Of a stretch of DNA of 45,609 nt, positions 12,050 to 23,100 are shown one piece after another. A model generated the notes under the pieces. It was given only the letters and a program-made list of their open reading frames with translations. It made no database searches and had not been told where the DNA came from. Positions within the stretch are counted from its first letter, which is position 1. The number at the start of each line of letters is the position of its first letter. Position numbers and translations under genes: made by a program. The stretch spans positions 1 to 45,609 of the forward strand of contig NIVC01004448.1 of assembly GCA_002269645.1 (NCBI GenBank), written 5' to 3'. Origin of the DNA: Macrostomum lignano (lineage: Eukaryota).

Positions 12050-13358
12050 GGGTCACTCAGAAAGTCTTTAGCCTGAGTAGGATCCACGAGACGTAGAAGC
12101 ATGAAATTTGTCTATGGTAAAGACCAACTTTTAAAAGTATCACAGCAAAAATTTCAAACAGAAGCAGCCACTTTTGAGTCCACTGCAGCGAGTTAAAGTC
12201 AGTTCACCCCCTGAGTTCTTCAATTCAACAATGAAGCTGGAAAATCGCGACTTCAGAGCAATGTTGTACCTGCACTTCAAGCAAGGCAAGTCGCCGGCCG
12301 AATCGTATCAAACTTTACAGAACGTTTTCACCCATGTATGTCCTTCATACGCAACCGTCAAAAACTGGTTTGCTGAGTTTCGCCGAGGTCGAGAAAGCCT
12401 CGAAGATGAACATCGATCCGGGAGACCCTGTGACGCAGTGACTCCACAAAATATCTGCGCTGTGTCCAGCATGATTGCCGCTGACCGGCGAGTGACCTAC
12501 CAGCAGATCCAGCAGGAGATCGGTATTGGATCGGGGAGTGTGCACGCCATTATGCACGAACACCTTGGAGTGCGGAAGCTGGCTTCCCAGTGGATCCCCC
12601 ATCAGCTGTCGGACGTGCAGAAGGACACCAGGGTGGCTTGGTGCCGATTCATGCTGCAGAAATTCGAATCCGGGACCAGCCGGCGTATCTGGGACATCCT
12701 CACGGGCGATGAGACCTGGATTTATCAATACGACCCCGAAAGCAAGCGCCAGTCAGCCATGTGGACCTTTGGAGACGAGGACAGCCCCACAAAGTTTCGA
12801 CGCAGCCGGAGTGTCGGCAAGCAGATGGTGGCCTGTTTCTTCATGCGCACTGGGCATGTGGCTTCCGTTTCACTTGAAGATCGCCAGACAGTCACCGCTG
12901 ACTGGTACACAACGGTTTGCCTGCCCAAGGTCTTTTCTGCTGTGAGCCAGAGGCGCCCAAGGTGCGGAATGCGTGGGGTGCTTCTGCACCACGACAACGC
13001 CAGCGCGCACACGGCGGCTCAAACTCTGGAGTTTCTGGCTGACTGTGGGGTCCAGCTGATGACTCACCCTGCTTACAGTCCAGACCTGGCACCGTGCGAC
13101 TTTTTTCTGTTTCCGAAGTGCAAGGAGATTCTGAAGGGCCAGGTCTTTTCTTCACCGGAAGAAGCTGTGAATGAGTTTAAAAACATCATCGAGGAGCTCC
13201 GGGATGAGGATTGGCGGCAGTGCTTCGACAGCTGGTTTCACAGGATGCAAGCCTGTATCAATGCCGGTGGAGAGTATTTTGAGCACTTGTAGTCGTTTTT
13301 TAGTTCATTTGTTGCTGTTTTCGTGTTCAAGCTAAGAACTTTCTGAGTGACCCTCGTA
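12050..13358 (+). mobile_element. Mariner (Tc1/mariner, DD34D) DNA transposon
   Basis: Right TIR 13326-13358 reads TACGAGGGTCACTCAGAAAGTTCTTAGCTTGAA on the minus strand, including the TA target. Left TIR 12050-12076 is GGGTCACTCAGAAAGTCTTTAGCCTGA and lacks the outer TACGA. The TIRs enclose an intact transposase ORF. Confidence 0.95.
12231..13292 (+). CDS. Mariner transposase, 353 aa, uninterrupted
   Basis: First ATG at 12231 (MKLENRDFRAM). Motifs WIPHQL, TGDETW, HHDNA and YSPDLAPCDF are present, with 34 residues counted between the second and third Asp. Confidence 0.95.
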   Translation: MKLENRDFRAMLYLHFKQGKSPAESYQTLQNVFTHVCPSYATVKNWFAEFRRGRESLEDEHRSGRPCDAVTPQNICAVSSMIAADRRVTYQQIQQEIGIGSGSVHAIMHEHLGVRKLASQWIPHQLSDVQKDTRVAWCRFMLQKFESGTSRRIWDILTGDETWIYQYDPESKRQSAMWTFGDEDSPTKFRRSRSVGKQMVACFFMRTGHVASVSLEDRQTVTADWYTTVCLPKVFSAVSQRRPRCGMRGVLLHHDNASAHTAAQTLEFLADCGVQLMTHPAYSPDLAPCDFFLFPKCKEILKGQVFSSPEEAVNEFKNIIEELRDEDWRQCFDSWFHRMQACINAGGEYFEHL

Positions 13359-14946
13359 CCATACCCTTAGCCTTAGGCTACAACTCTAAGGGTCAGACAA
13401 GATCTCAATCTAAATAGGCCTAGGCCTAATCTCAATTTTCAAGATCTTGGCACTTTTCTCAATCTCAATCTAATATCTAAGTTTTAAAATCTCGAAAAAA
13501 TGCAAGATTTGTGACAACGTGACTAGGCCTATACTCTACCGCCCGCCCCCACCACCACCCCACCTGGATCTGTTACACCACTGAGTCTGACTAAGCCCCT
13601 ACTAAATTAAAACAGTAATTCCAGGACCCAGGCCTAACCGAATGTATTGTGCTTGTACGTCGTAGTTGTAGGCCTGACTTACTTACCATTACCAATACAA
13701 GACTGACCAGCATTGTAAACTGTGCATCGCATGACGCATCGCCTGTTATTGCCATTGGCAAAGCAGGTTGTCATGTTTAACAGTTAACTGGTCAATCAAC
13801 TACCTAAGATAGTTAGCCAAAAATACAAAGCAGTATAACTCGTCCGTCCGTCTATTTGTCGGCGCTACCTGTATGGCTGTATTGGGTTACGCGTTTTTTA
13901 TATAAACAACACGAAAACAGTCAAAAGTACTTTTCTGGCACTTTTACGGTTTACAACCATGTTTGAAACAAAATTTACATATTTTTAAATTGCAAAAATT
14001 AATAAAAGTAACTTTACTTAAAAATGTTAGTGAAAATTGCGTTTTTAAGTGTTGCATTAATTAAAAAATAAGCCAGACAAATCTTGTTTTAGCTTCACTA
14101 GCAATATTCGGAAAGTAAGGTCAAGCAATTTTTTAACGAATTGTCGAACTTCAATTTCGTTTACAAATTCAACTGCAATGCAGTAATTTCGTCTGATTTA
14201 AATCTTTTCGCCCTAAGCTTTATTCTCAAACATTTCCAAACACTTGGTTTATTTTTGGATAGTTATAGATTTAATTTACAATCCATTCTTTAAAATGTAT
14301 CATTGAGTGTTTTGTAAAATTCAAGCTACCTGCCTACATCAACTACAAATTACACCAGTGCTGTATCAGGCTTTGGATTTAGAGACTTACGGAGAAAAAA
14401 TTGTACTGATTTACATACCACAAAAAATAAGCACACATTGTATTAGTAAAAACTAAAGGCAAATAAAGGCAAGGCAAGGGCAGGCAATTATAAGGCAATA
14501 AGAAGAATATTTGCACCTCTAGCATTTGTGATTGTGAAACAAACCAATAAAGATATTTGGCCTTAAGTTGCGATAGGATTTATAAAATTATTTAATGCAT
14601 ATGGTATCATTTTACAGCCTAAAATGCTTTCATGCTAGATAAGACACTACCATATAAGCGTGGTCCAATGCAATATGCATAATTGCAGAACTTTCAGGAT
14701 CAATTTTTTTTTTTTCATTGGAAGTTAATTTTTTTAAAAAAAAAAGAAAATTTCACTACTACAGTTCGCGCATGCACAATAATACTTGAATACTTTTGCT
14801 TTAAGAGCATGCAATTAGCCTTTATTGCACATTTTAACTTCCTGTTCTATCCAAAAACTTTCGCTATGTTAAGCATGCTGCATATAATAATCGTTTTTTG
14901 TTCATAACAGCGAACAACTGAGTAAGTGCCGAGAGCGAAGGTTCCC

Positions 14947-17787
14947 ATGTCGTCAAGATCCGGTCACCGGCACTCCCCAGCCTGCAGCCCAGAAGTGCTT
15001 CTGGCCCTCAAATCGCAGTCGCGCAGTCTCTCGCTCAACCGGAAGCGTCTGCTCGAAGCTCCACCGGAAGCCAGCAGGCTGACCTTCCTGGCCCGCCTGG
15101 ACCTGTCCTGCAACCAGCTCCGCGACCTGCCGCTGGTCCTGGAAAGCCTCGAGCTGCTGCAGCACCTCAACCTGTCAGCCAATCAGTTCTCCGACCTTCC
15201 CCTCGTGCTGGCGTCCTTCTCCCGGCTGCAGTACCTCAACTTGTTCAACAACCGACTCTGCCGCCTGGAACCGGCCGTGCTGGGCTGCCTGACGAGCCTG
15301 CGGACCCTCAATCTGAACTCGAACTCGCTCGCCTCGCTGCCCGCCGAGATTTGTCGCCTACAGCGGCTCACAACTTTGGCGGCGAATCGAAATCAGCTGA
15401 CCAGCCTCCCCGTGGAGCTGTGCGCACTCGAGCACCTGCAAGTCCTGCACCTGGCCTACAATCAGCTCACCGCCTTGCCGCTGGAGTTCGGCTGCCTGGC
15501 ATCGCTGCGAGTTCTGCAGCTGCAGCGAAACTGCCTGACTGAACTGCCGGAATCTGCGGCCCGCCTGCACCACCTGGAGTATCTGGACGTCGCCTGCAAC
15601 CAGCTGCAACTGCTGCCGGCCAGGTTTGGCGAGCTCAACCTCAGAGAGTTTTATTACGAGAGAAACCCGCTAATCCGGCGGGACCCAGTGCACAGCACCC
15701 AAGAGCAGGAGGCGCTCGGCCTCAAGGAGCTCTGCGCTCGGGCTGTCATGCAGGAGCTGCGAAGTCGCGCCTCACCTTTGCGCGATCAACTCAAGGTTGG
15801 CGTTTGGGTCAATTCTTCACTTGAGTTTTATCAACATCTCTGCCGTAGCCTTCACCACACCTGTATTCTTCGTTAAGTCCCTACCGTAGCCTTAACCACA
15901 CCTGTACCATCGATAAGTCCCTACCGTAGCCTTAACCACACCTGTACCATCGTTAAGTCCCTACCGTAGCCTTAACCACACCTGTACCTTCGTTAACGTC
16001 TCTAGCGTAGCCTTAACCACACCTGTACTTTTGTTAACGTCTCTAGCGTAGTTTTAACCACACCTGTACCTTCGCTAACTTCTCTACCGTAGCCTTAACC
16101 ACACCTGTACCTTCGTTAACGTCTCTAGCGTAGCCTTAACCACACCTGTACTTTTGTTAACGTCTCTAGCGTAGCCTTAACCACACCTGTACCTTCGCTA
16201 ACTTCTCTACCGTAGCCTTAACCACACCTGTACTTTTGTTAACGTCTCTAGCGTAGCCTTAACCACACCTGTACCTTCGCTAACTTCTCTACCGTAGCCT
16301 TAACCACACCTGTACCTTCGTTAACGTCTCTAGCGTAGCCTTAACCACAGCTGTACCTTTGTTAACGTCTCTAGCGTAGCCTTAACCACGCCTGTACCTT
16401 CGTTAACGTCTCTAGCGTAGCCTTAACCACACCTGTACCTTCGTTAACGTCTCTAGCGTAGCCTTAACCACACCTGTACCTTCGTTAACGTCTCTAGCGT
16501 AGCCTTAACCACACCTGTACCTTCGTTAACGTCTCTAGCGTAGCCTTAACCACACCTGTACCTTCGTTAACGTCTCTAGCGTAGCCTTAACCACACCTGT
16601 ACCTTCGTTAACGTCTCTAGCGTAGCCTTAACCACACCTGTACCTTCGTTAACGTCTCTAGCGTAGCCTTAACCACACCTGTACCTTCGTTAACGTCTCT
16701 AGCGTAGCCTTAACCACACCTGTACCTTCGTTAACGTCTCTAGCGTAGCCTTAACCACACCTGTACCTTCGTTAACGTCTCTAGCGTAGCCTTAACCACA
16801 CCTGTACCTTCGTTAACGTCTCTAGCGTAGCCTTAACCACACCTGTACCTTCGTTAACGTCTCTAGCGTAGCCTTAACCACGCCTGTACCTTCGTTAACG
16901 TCTCTAGCGTAGCCTTAACCACACCTGTACCTTCGTTAACGTCTCTAGCGTAGCCTTAACCACACCTGTACCTTCGTTAACGTCTCTAGCGTAGCCTTAA
17001 CCACACCTGTACCTTCGTTAACGTCTCTAGCGTAGCCTTAACCACACCTGTACCTTCGTTAACGTCTCTAGCGTAGCCTTAACCACACCTGTACCTTCGT
17101 TAACGTCTCTAGCGTAGCCTTAACCACACCTGTACCTTCGTTAACGTCTCTAGCGTAGCCTTAACCACGCCTGTACCTTCGTTAACGTCTCTAGCGTAGC
17201 CTTAACCACCTCTGTACTTTCTTAACGTCTCTACCGTAGCCTTGATAACGTTACACGCTACATGTTTGTCGTAGCCTTAATAACACGTACTCTGCACCCT
17301 TGGAGACATCACAACTGTTACCACAATCACACTTTTAAACTAAAATTCTTAATAATAAAATTTACCGCTTCCCGCGACGTAACTTTGTGACGTTTACGCG
17401 ACGTTGCCGCGACGAAGTGTGTTACTAGGGAACAGGCTCATTAATCCACAAAACCATTTAAAACAAGCTCCCAAAATCCCGGCTCTCCCCCAGGCTTACC
17501 CGCAGCTCCGGGAGCAGCTGTCCCAGTGCAGTCGCTGCGCGGTGTGCGGCGGCGCCTTCCTCAACACTTGGCTGGAGTGCGTCCGCTTCGAGCCGTTCAG
17601 CCCGTCCGGTCGGATGAGCAAAGCCGGCGAAGATGTCGACGACGGAGAGCTCGGAGGCGGCGACGACGGTGAGCAGCGGCAGCAGCAGCAGCAGCAGCCA
17701 ATTCGCTGGCTCCCCATCCGGGCTCTGGTTTGCAGCTACAAGTGCTTCAATGCTCAGTCTGAGTTCTATGGACTCGCTTTTCTGTGA
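14947..17787 (+). CDS. LRRC69: Leucine-rich repeat protein LRRC69 orthologue, 2 coding exons (14947-15795, 17494-17787), ~380 aa
   Basis: About 8-9 LRRs, then LREFYYERNPL...STQEQE...LKELCAR. A phase-0 intron AAG|GTTGGC...CCCCAG|GCT joins to AYPQLREQLSQCSRCAVCGGAFLNTWLECVRF...LVCSYKCF. From memory this matches vertebrate LRRC69 (LREFYCEGNPL...CAICGQYFITVWLECVRF...LICSYKCF). The exact start codon is uncertain. Confidence 0.85.
15843..17243. repeat. Minisatellite, 41-bp unit, ~34 copies, fills the LRRC69 intron
   Basis: Unit GTAGCCTTAACCACACCTGTACCTTCGTTAACGTCTCTAGC. Confidence 0.97.
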
Positions 17788-17856
17788 GAGAACTGCTTAA
17801 GCTGGGACTGTTAGGACTGGTCTGGGAGACTCTGCAGGCCTCGAAGTGATAGCAAG

Positions 17857-19063
17857 GAAGCACCAGGTGAAAACACCTGTCCACTAACAGGAGAAGTCTT
17901 CCGTGAAGCACCAGGTGAAAATACCTGTCCACTAACAGGGGAAGTCTTCCGTGAAGCACCAGGTGAAAACACCTGTCCACTAACAGGAGAAGTCTTCCGT
18001 GAAGTACCAGGTGAAAACACCTGTCCACTAACAGGGGAAGTCTTCCGTGAAGCACCAGGTGAAAACACCTGTCCACTAACAGGGAAAGTCTTCCGTGAAG
18101 CACCAAGTGAAAACACCTGTCCACTAACAGGAGAAGTCTTCCGTGAAGCACCAGGTGAAAACACCTGTCCACTAACAGGGAAAGTCTTCCGTGAAGCACC
18201 AGGTGAAAACACCTGTCCACTAACAGGGAAAGTCTTCCGTGAAGCACCAGGTGAAAACACCTGTCCACTAACAGGGAAGTCTTCCGTGAAGCACCAGGTG
18301 AAAACACCTGTCCACTAACAGGGAAAGTCTTCCGTGAAGCACCAAGTGAAAACACCTGTCCACTAACAGGAGAAGTCTTCCGTGAAGCACCAGGTGAAAA
18401 CACCTGTCCACTAACAGGGAAAGTCTTCCGTGAAGCACCAGGTGAAAACACCTGTCCACTAACAGGGAAAGTCTTCCGTGAAGCACCAGGTGAAAACACC
18501 TGTCCACTAACAGGGAAGTCTTCCGTGAAGCACCAGGTGAAAATACCTGTCCACTAACAGGGAAGTCTTCCGTGAAGCACCAGGTGAAAATACCTGTCCA
18601 CTAACAGGGAAGTCTTCCGTGAAGCACCAGGTGAAAACACCTGTCCACTAACAAGGGAAGTCTTCCGTGAAGCACCAGGTGAAAACACCTGTCCACTAAC
18701 AGGGAAGTCTTCCGTGAAGCACCAGGTGAAAACACCTGTCCACTAACAAGGGAAGTCTTCCGTGAAGCACCAGGTGAAAATACCTGTCCACTAACAGGGA
18801 AGTCTTCCGTGAAGCACCAGGTGAAAACACCTGTCCACTAACAGGGGAGTCTTCCGTGAAGCACCAGGTGAAAACACCTGTCCACTAACAGGGGAAGTCT
18901 TCCGTGAAGCACTAGGTGAAAACACCTGTCCATCAACAGGGGAAGTCTTCCGTGAAGCACCAAGTGAAAACACCTGTCCACTAACAGGGGAAGTCTTCCG
19001 TGAAGCACCAGGTGAAAATACCTGTCCACTAACAGGGGAAGTCTTCCGTGAAGCACCAGGTGA
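17857..19063. repeat. Minisatellite, 47-48-bp unit, ~25 copies, between the convergent 3' ends of LRRC69 and the GPCR
   Basis: Unit GAAGCACCAGGTGAAAACACCTGTCCACTAACAGG(R)GAAGTCTTCCGT. Confidence 0.97.
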
Positions 19064-19706
19064 CGAACCCTATTTGTAAATTTAGCCACTGGAAGCGGAA
19101 AATGTCCAAACAGATTTTCAAAACACTTTTTGCGATTTTTATAGCACCATGATATTTAACGAGTTCAATCATTCTGTGATTTTGACTTGCAAAACGATAG
19201 AGAGAAACTTTTTAATGCCCTGGCATATAGCTACTGACAGTAGAAAATATTATCTTTAGACTTTATTACTTAAATAAAGTTTATTGTTTTCATATCGGCA
19301 TTCGAAAAGCAGTTTTACATGAACAAAGTACTTTAATAAAACTGACGGAATACAACAAGCTTTAACTGATACCAAGACTCAATTTATATATTTTTTTAAA
19401 AATAACAACAGCTTTTAAAAATAAATGCTTCTTTTTTTAAATTAACTATTCTCGCCTTCAGATGTGTTTTTTGCTTTTTTATTATAACAATGGGAAAATC
19501 TTTTTTCAAAAAAACAGTTTGTTTAATCTAGACCAGCTGGGACTCAATGTTTTGCAATGCTCAATCAAGAGATGTTTTTTAATGCTACTCAAAGTAGTCT
19601 GTTTAAACTTTGTGTATTTTTTTGAAATTCAATCATAAAAATTCAGGTCCTCAGGTGGAGTCCGGTGTCCGTTTTGAGTAGTCACGAAGGCCGGTGCAGT
19701 TTGAGT

Positions 19707-19916
19707 TCAAGGAATTCGAACTGCCAGTTGCTCGCCGCGCTGCTGCTGGTCAGAGGCGGCGTGAACCCTGCTCAGATTGGCCTTGATGAGGCTGAGAATC
19801 TGAGGTTTTAAGGAGATGGTTTAAGGAGAGGAAGGAGAAGGAAAGGAAATGACAAATGGCAGGCATAAACAGACATACAGACAGACATACAGACAGACGG
19901 ACAGACAGACAGACAC

Positions 19917-19995
<79 letters not shown>

Positions 19996-19997
19996 GG

Positions 19998-20047
<50 letters not shown>

Positions 20048-20130
20048 GGCAGGCAGGCAGACAGACAGGCAGACAGACAGACAGGCAAAGAGACAGACAG
20101 ACAGACAGACAGGCAGGCAGGCAGGCAGGC

Positions 20131-20171
<41 letters not shown>

Positions 20172-23100
20172 CACAGACAGACAGACAGACAGACACACAG
20201 ACAGACAGACAGACCTTGGTGCCATAGACAATCAGCAGTGTCGCAGTGGAGCCCACAAGGATGCAGGCAGCCAGGAGGGCGAAGCGCAGCGTGACGCGGT
20301 TGTGCGGCAGGAGGAAGCGCAGGCAGACGGCCAGAGAGCCCAGGACCATCGTGTTGTACACGCTGATGCCAATCTGCTTGCTGTCGTTCAGAGCCTCGAT
20401 GTGCACCCTGCACCGAGCGAGTTTCCCAAGCGAAGAAAATTCCAAACAGAAGCACCACGCCTGGAATTGCCGGGGCTCGAGGGGGGAAGTTATCAAAGTT
20501 TCTGGAAAGTCTCTGAAGCCAGTTTCAGACACGAGTTGCTGAGATGCCTGATGACTCATGGGGGATTGCTGAGATGCCATGATGACTCATGGGGGATTGC
20601 TGAGATGCTTGATGACTCATGGGGGATTGCTGAGATGCCATGATGACTCATTGGGGGATTGCTGAGATGCCATGATGACTCATGGGGGATTGCTGAGATG
20701 CCATGATGACTCATGGGGGAATTGCTGAGATGCCATGATGACTCATGGGGGGAATTGCTGAGATGCTATGATGACTCATGGGGGGAATTGCTGAGATGCC
20801 ATGATGACTCATGGGGGCAGGGGCGTAGCCAGAGGGGGGCAAGGGGGGCCGTGGCCCCCCCCATAATCACCAACTCTGGCCTTGGCGCCCCCCCCCTAAA
20901 AAAAACAGGCGCCCCCCCTAAAAGAAACTAGCGCCCCCCCAAAGAAACTGGCGCCCCCTCCTAAAAGAAACTGGCGCCCCCTATAAGAAACTGGCGCCCC
21001 CCTAAAAGAAACTGGCGCCCCCCTTAAAGAAACTGGCGCCCCCCCTCCTAAAAGAAACTGGCGCCCCCTATAAGAAACTGGCGCCCGCCCTAAAATAAAC
21101 TGGCAACCCCCCTAAAAGAAACTGGCGCCCCCTAAAAGAAACTAGCGCCCCCTAAAAGAAACTGGCGCCCCCCCCCTACAAGAAACTGGCGCCCCCCCTA
21201 TAAGAAGCTGGCGCCCCCTAACTCAAGGCCCCCCCAATCAAAATTCCTGGCTACGCCCCTGCATGGGGGGAATTGCTGAGATGCCTGATGACTCATGGTG
21301 GGAATTGCTGAGATGCCTGATGACGATCATGGGGGATTGCTGAGATGCCTGATGACTCATGGGGGGAATTGCTGAGATGCCTGATGACTCATGGGGGAAT
21401 TGCTGAGATGCCTGATGCCTCATGGGGGGATTGCTGAGATGCCTGATGACTCATGGGGGAATTGCTGAGATGCCTGATGCCTCATGGGGGAATTGTTGAG
21501 ATGCCTGATGCCTCATGGGGGGATTGCTGAGATGCCTGATGACGATCATGGGGGATTGCTGAGATGCCTGATGACTCATGGGGGGAATTGCTGAGATGCC
21601 TGATGACTCATGGGGGAATTGCTGAGATGCCTGATGCCTCATGGGTGGATTGCTGAGATGCCTGATGACTCATGGGGGAATTGCTGAGATGCCTGATGCC
21701 TCATGGGGGGATTGCTGAGATGCCTGATGCCTCATGGGGGGATTGCTGAGATTCCTGATGACTCATGGGGGGAATTGCTGAGATGCCTGATGACTCATGG
21801 GGGAATTGATGAGATTTCAAGCGCACATGCACCTACACCAACTTATCCTACCTTTAATTCCGATGAGAATGCTAACCCAGATTCTGAAGTGTTCCGAGTG
21901 GCATTCCACTACTGTGTGCGAGTATACCACGCCTTTGACTCTGTCATCGTCCTTTGGAGCAGAGGCGTTCGCGGCAAGCTGGGTATATTTTGTTTAGCTA
22001 TATAATTACTTCAGAGAGCTGCGATCATGGTTACCTCAGAGCCAGCGTCGAGTATGACTTCCTTGAGGGGATCCAGGAGCATCCAGGCTGTCAGGATGAT
22101 CAGGTCCATCAGCAGTAGAAGAGCAACGGGAAGCATCAAATGCCAGTCCTTGATCACCTGGCCAATAGAGCATCATTGCATGCGAATTGTTATGCTGTCC
22201 CCCTCACACTCACCCATCATTTTTTCATCCTAACCTATCATCATTTTGTCATCCTCAGTCATCATTTTGTCATCCTCAGTCATCAGTTTGTCATCCTCAG
22301 TCATCATTTTGTCATCCTCAGTCATCCGTTTGTCATCCTCAGTCATCAGTTTGTCATCCTCAGTCATCAGTTTGTCATCCTCAGTGATCAGTTTGTCATC
22401 CTCAGTCATCAGTTTGTCATCCTCAGTCATCAGTTTGTCATCCTCAGTCATCAGTTTGTCATCCTAACCTATCATCATTTTGTCATCCTCAGTCATCATT
22501 TTGTCATCCTCAGTCATCAGTTTGTCATCCTCAGTCATCATTTTGTCATCCTCAGTCATCATTTTGTCATCCTCAGTCATCAGTTTGTCATCCTCAGTCA
22601 TCAGTTTGTCATCCTCAGTCATCAGTTTGTCATCCTCAGTCATCAGTTTGTCATCCTCAGTCATCAGTTTGTCATCCTCAGTCATCAGTTTGTCATCCTC
22701 AGTCATCAGTTTGTCATCCTCAGTCATCATTTTGTTATCCTAACCTATCATCATTTTGTCATCCTCAGTCATCATTTTGTCATCCTCAGTCATCATTTTG
22801 TCATCCTCAGTCATCAGCTTGTCAACCTCACTCATCAGTTTGTCATCCTCAGTCATCATTTTGTCAACCTCACTCATCATCATTTTGTCATCCTCAGTCA
22901 TCATTTTGTCATCCTCAGTCATCAGTTTGTCATCCTCAGTCATCAGTTTGTCATCCTCATTCATCAGTTTGTCATCCTCAGTCATCAGTTTGTCATCCTC
23001 AGTCATCAGTTTGTCATCCTCAGTCATCAGTTTTTCATCCTCAGTCATCATTTTGCCATCCTCAGTCTTCAGTTTGTCATCCTCAGTCATCAGTTTGTCA

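Noticed and set aside
15843-19063. Regular 41-48-bp repeats as CRISPR arrays
   Set aside because: Head-to-tail units with no unique spacers, in a eukaryotic context with no cas genes.
17747-19089. Long ORFs such as FSPGASRKTFPVSGQV and DRCFHLVLHGRL repeats
   Set aside because: Translations of the 47-48-bp minisatellite, with no coding signal.
19808-20643. ORFs with CLSV/DRQT repeats as proteins
   Set aside because: (GACA)n translations. Only the 20215-20460 portion is a real exon.
20536-21814. CTGATGA...GAA in the 31-bp unit as a hammerhead ribozyme core
   Set aside because: Stem II polarity is reversed (C...G rather than G...C), GAAT replaces GAAA, and no stems I/III or cleavage triplet fit in 31 bp.
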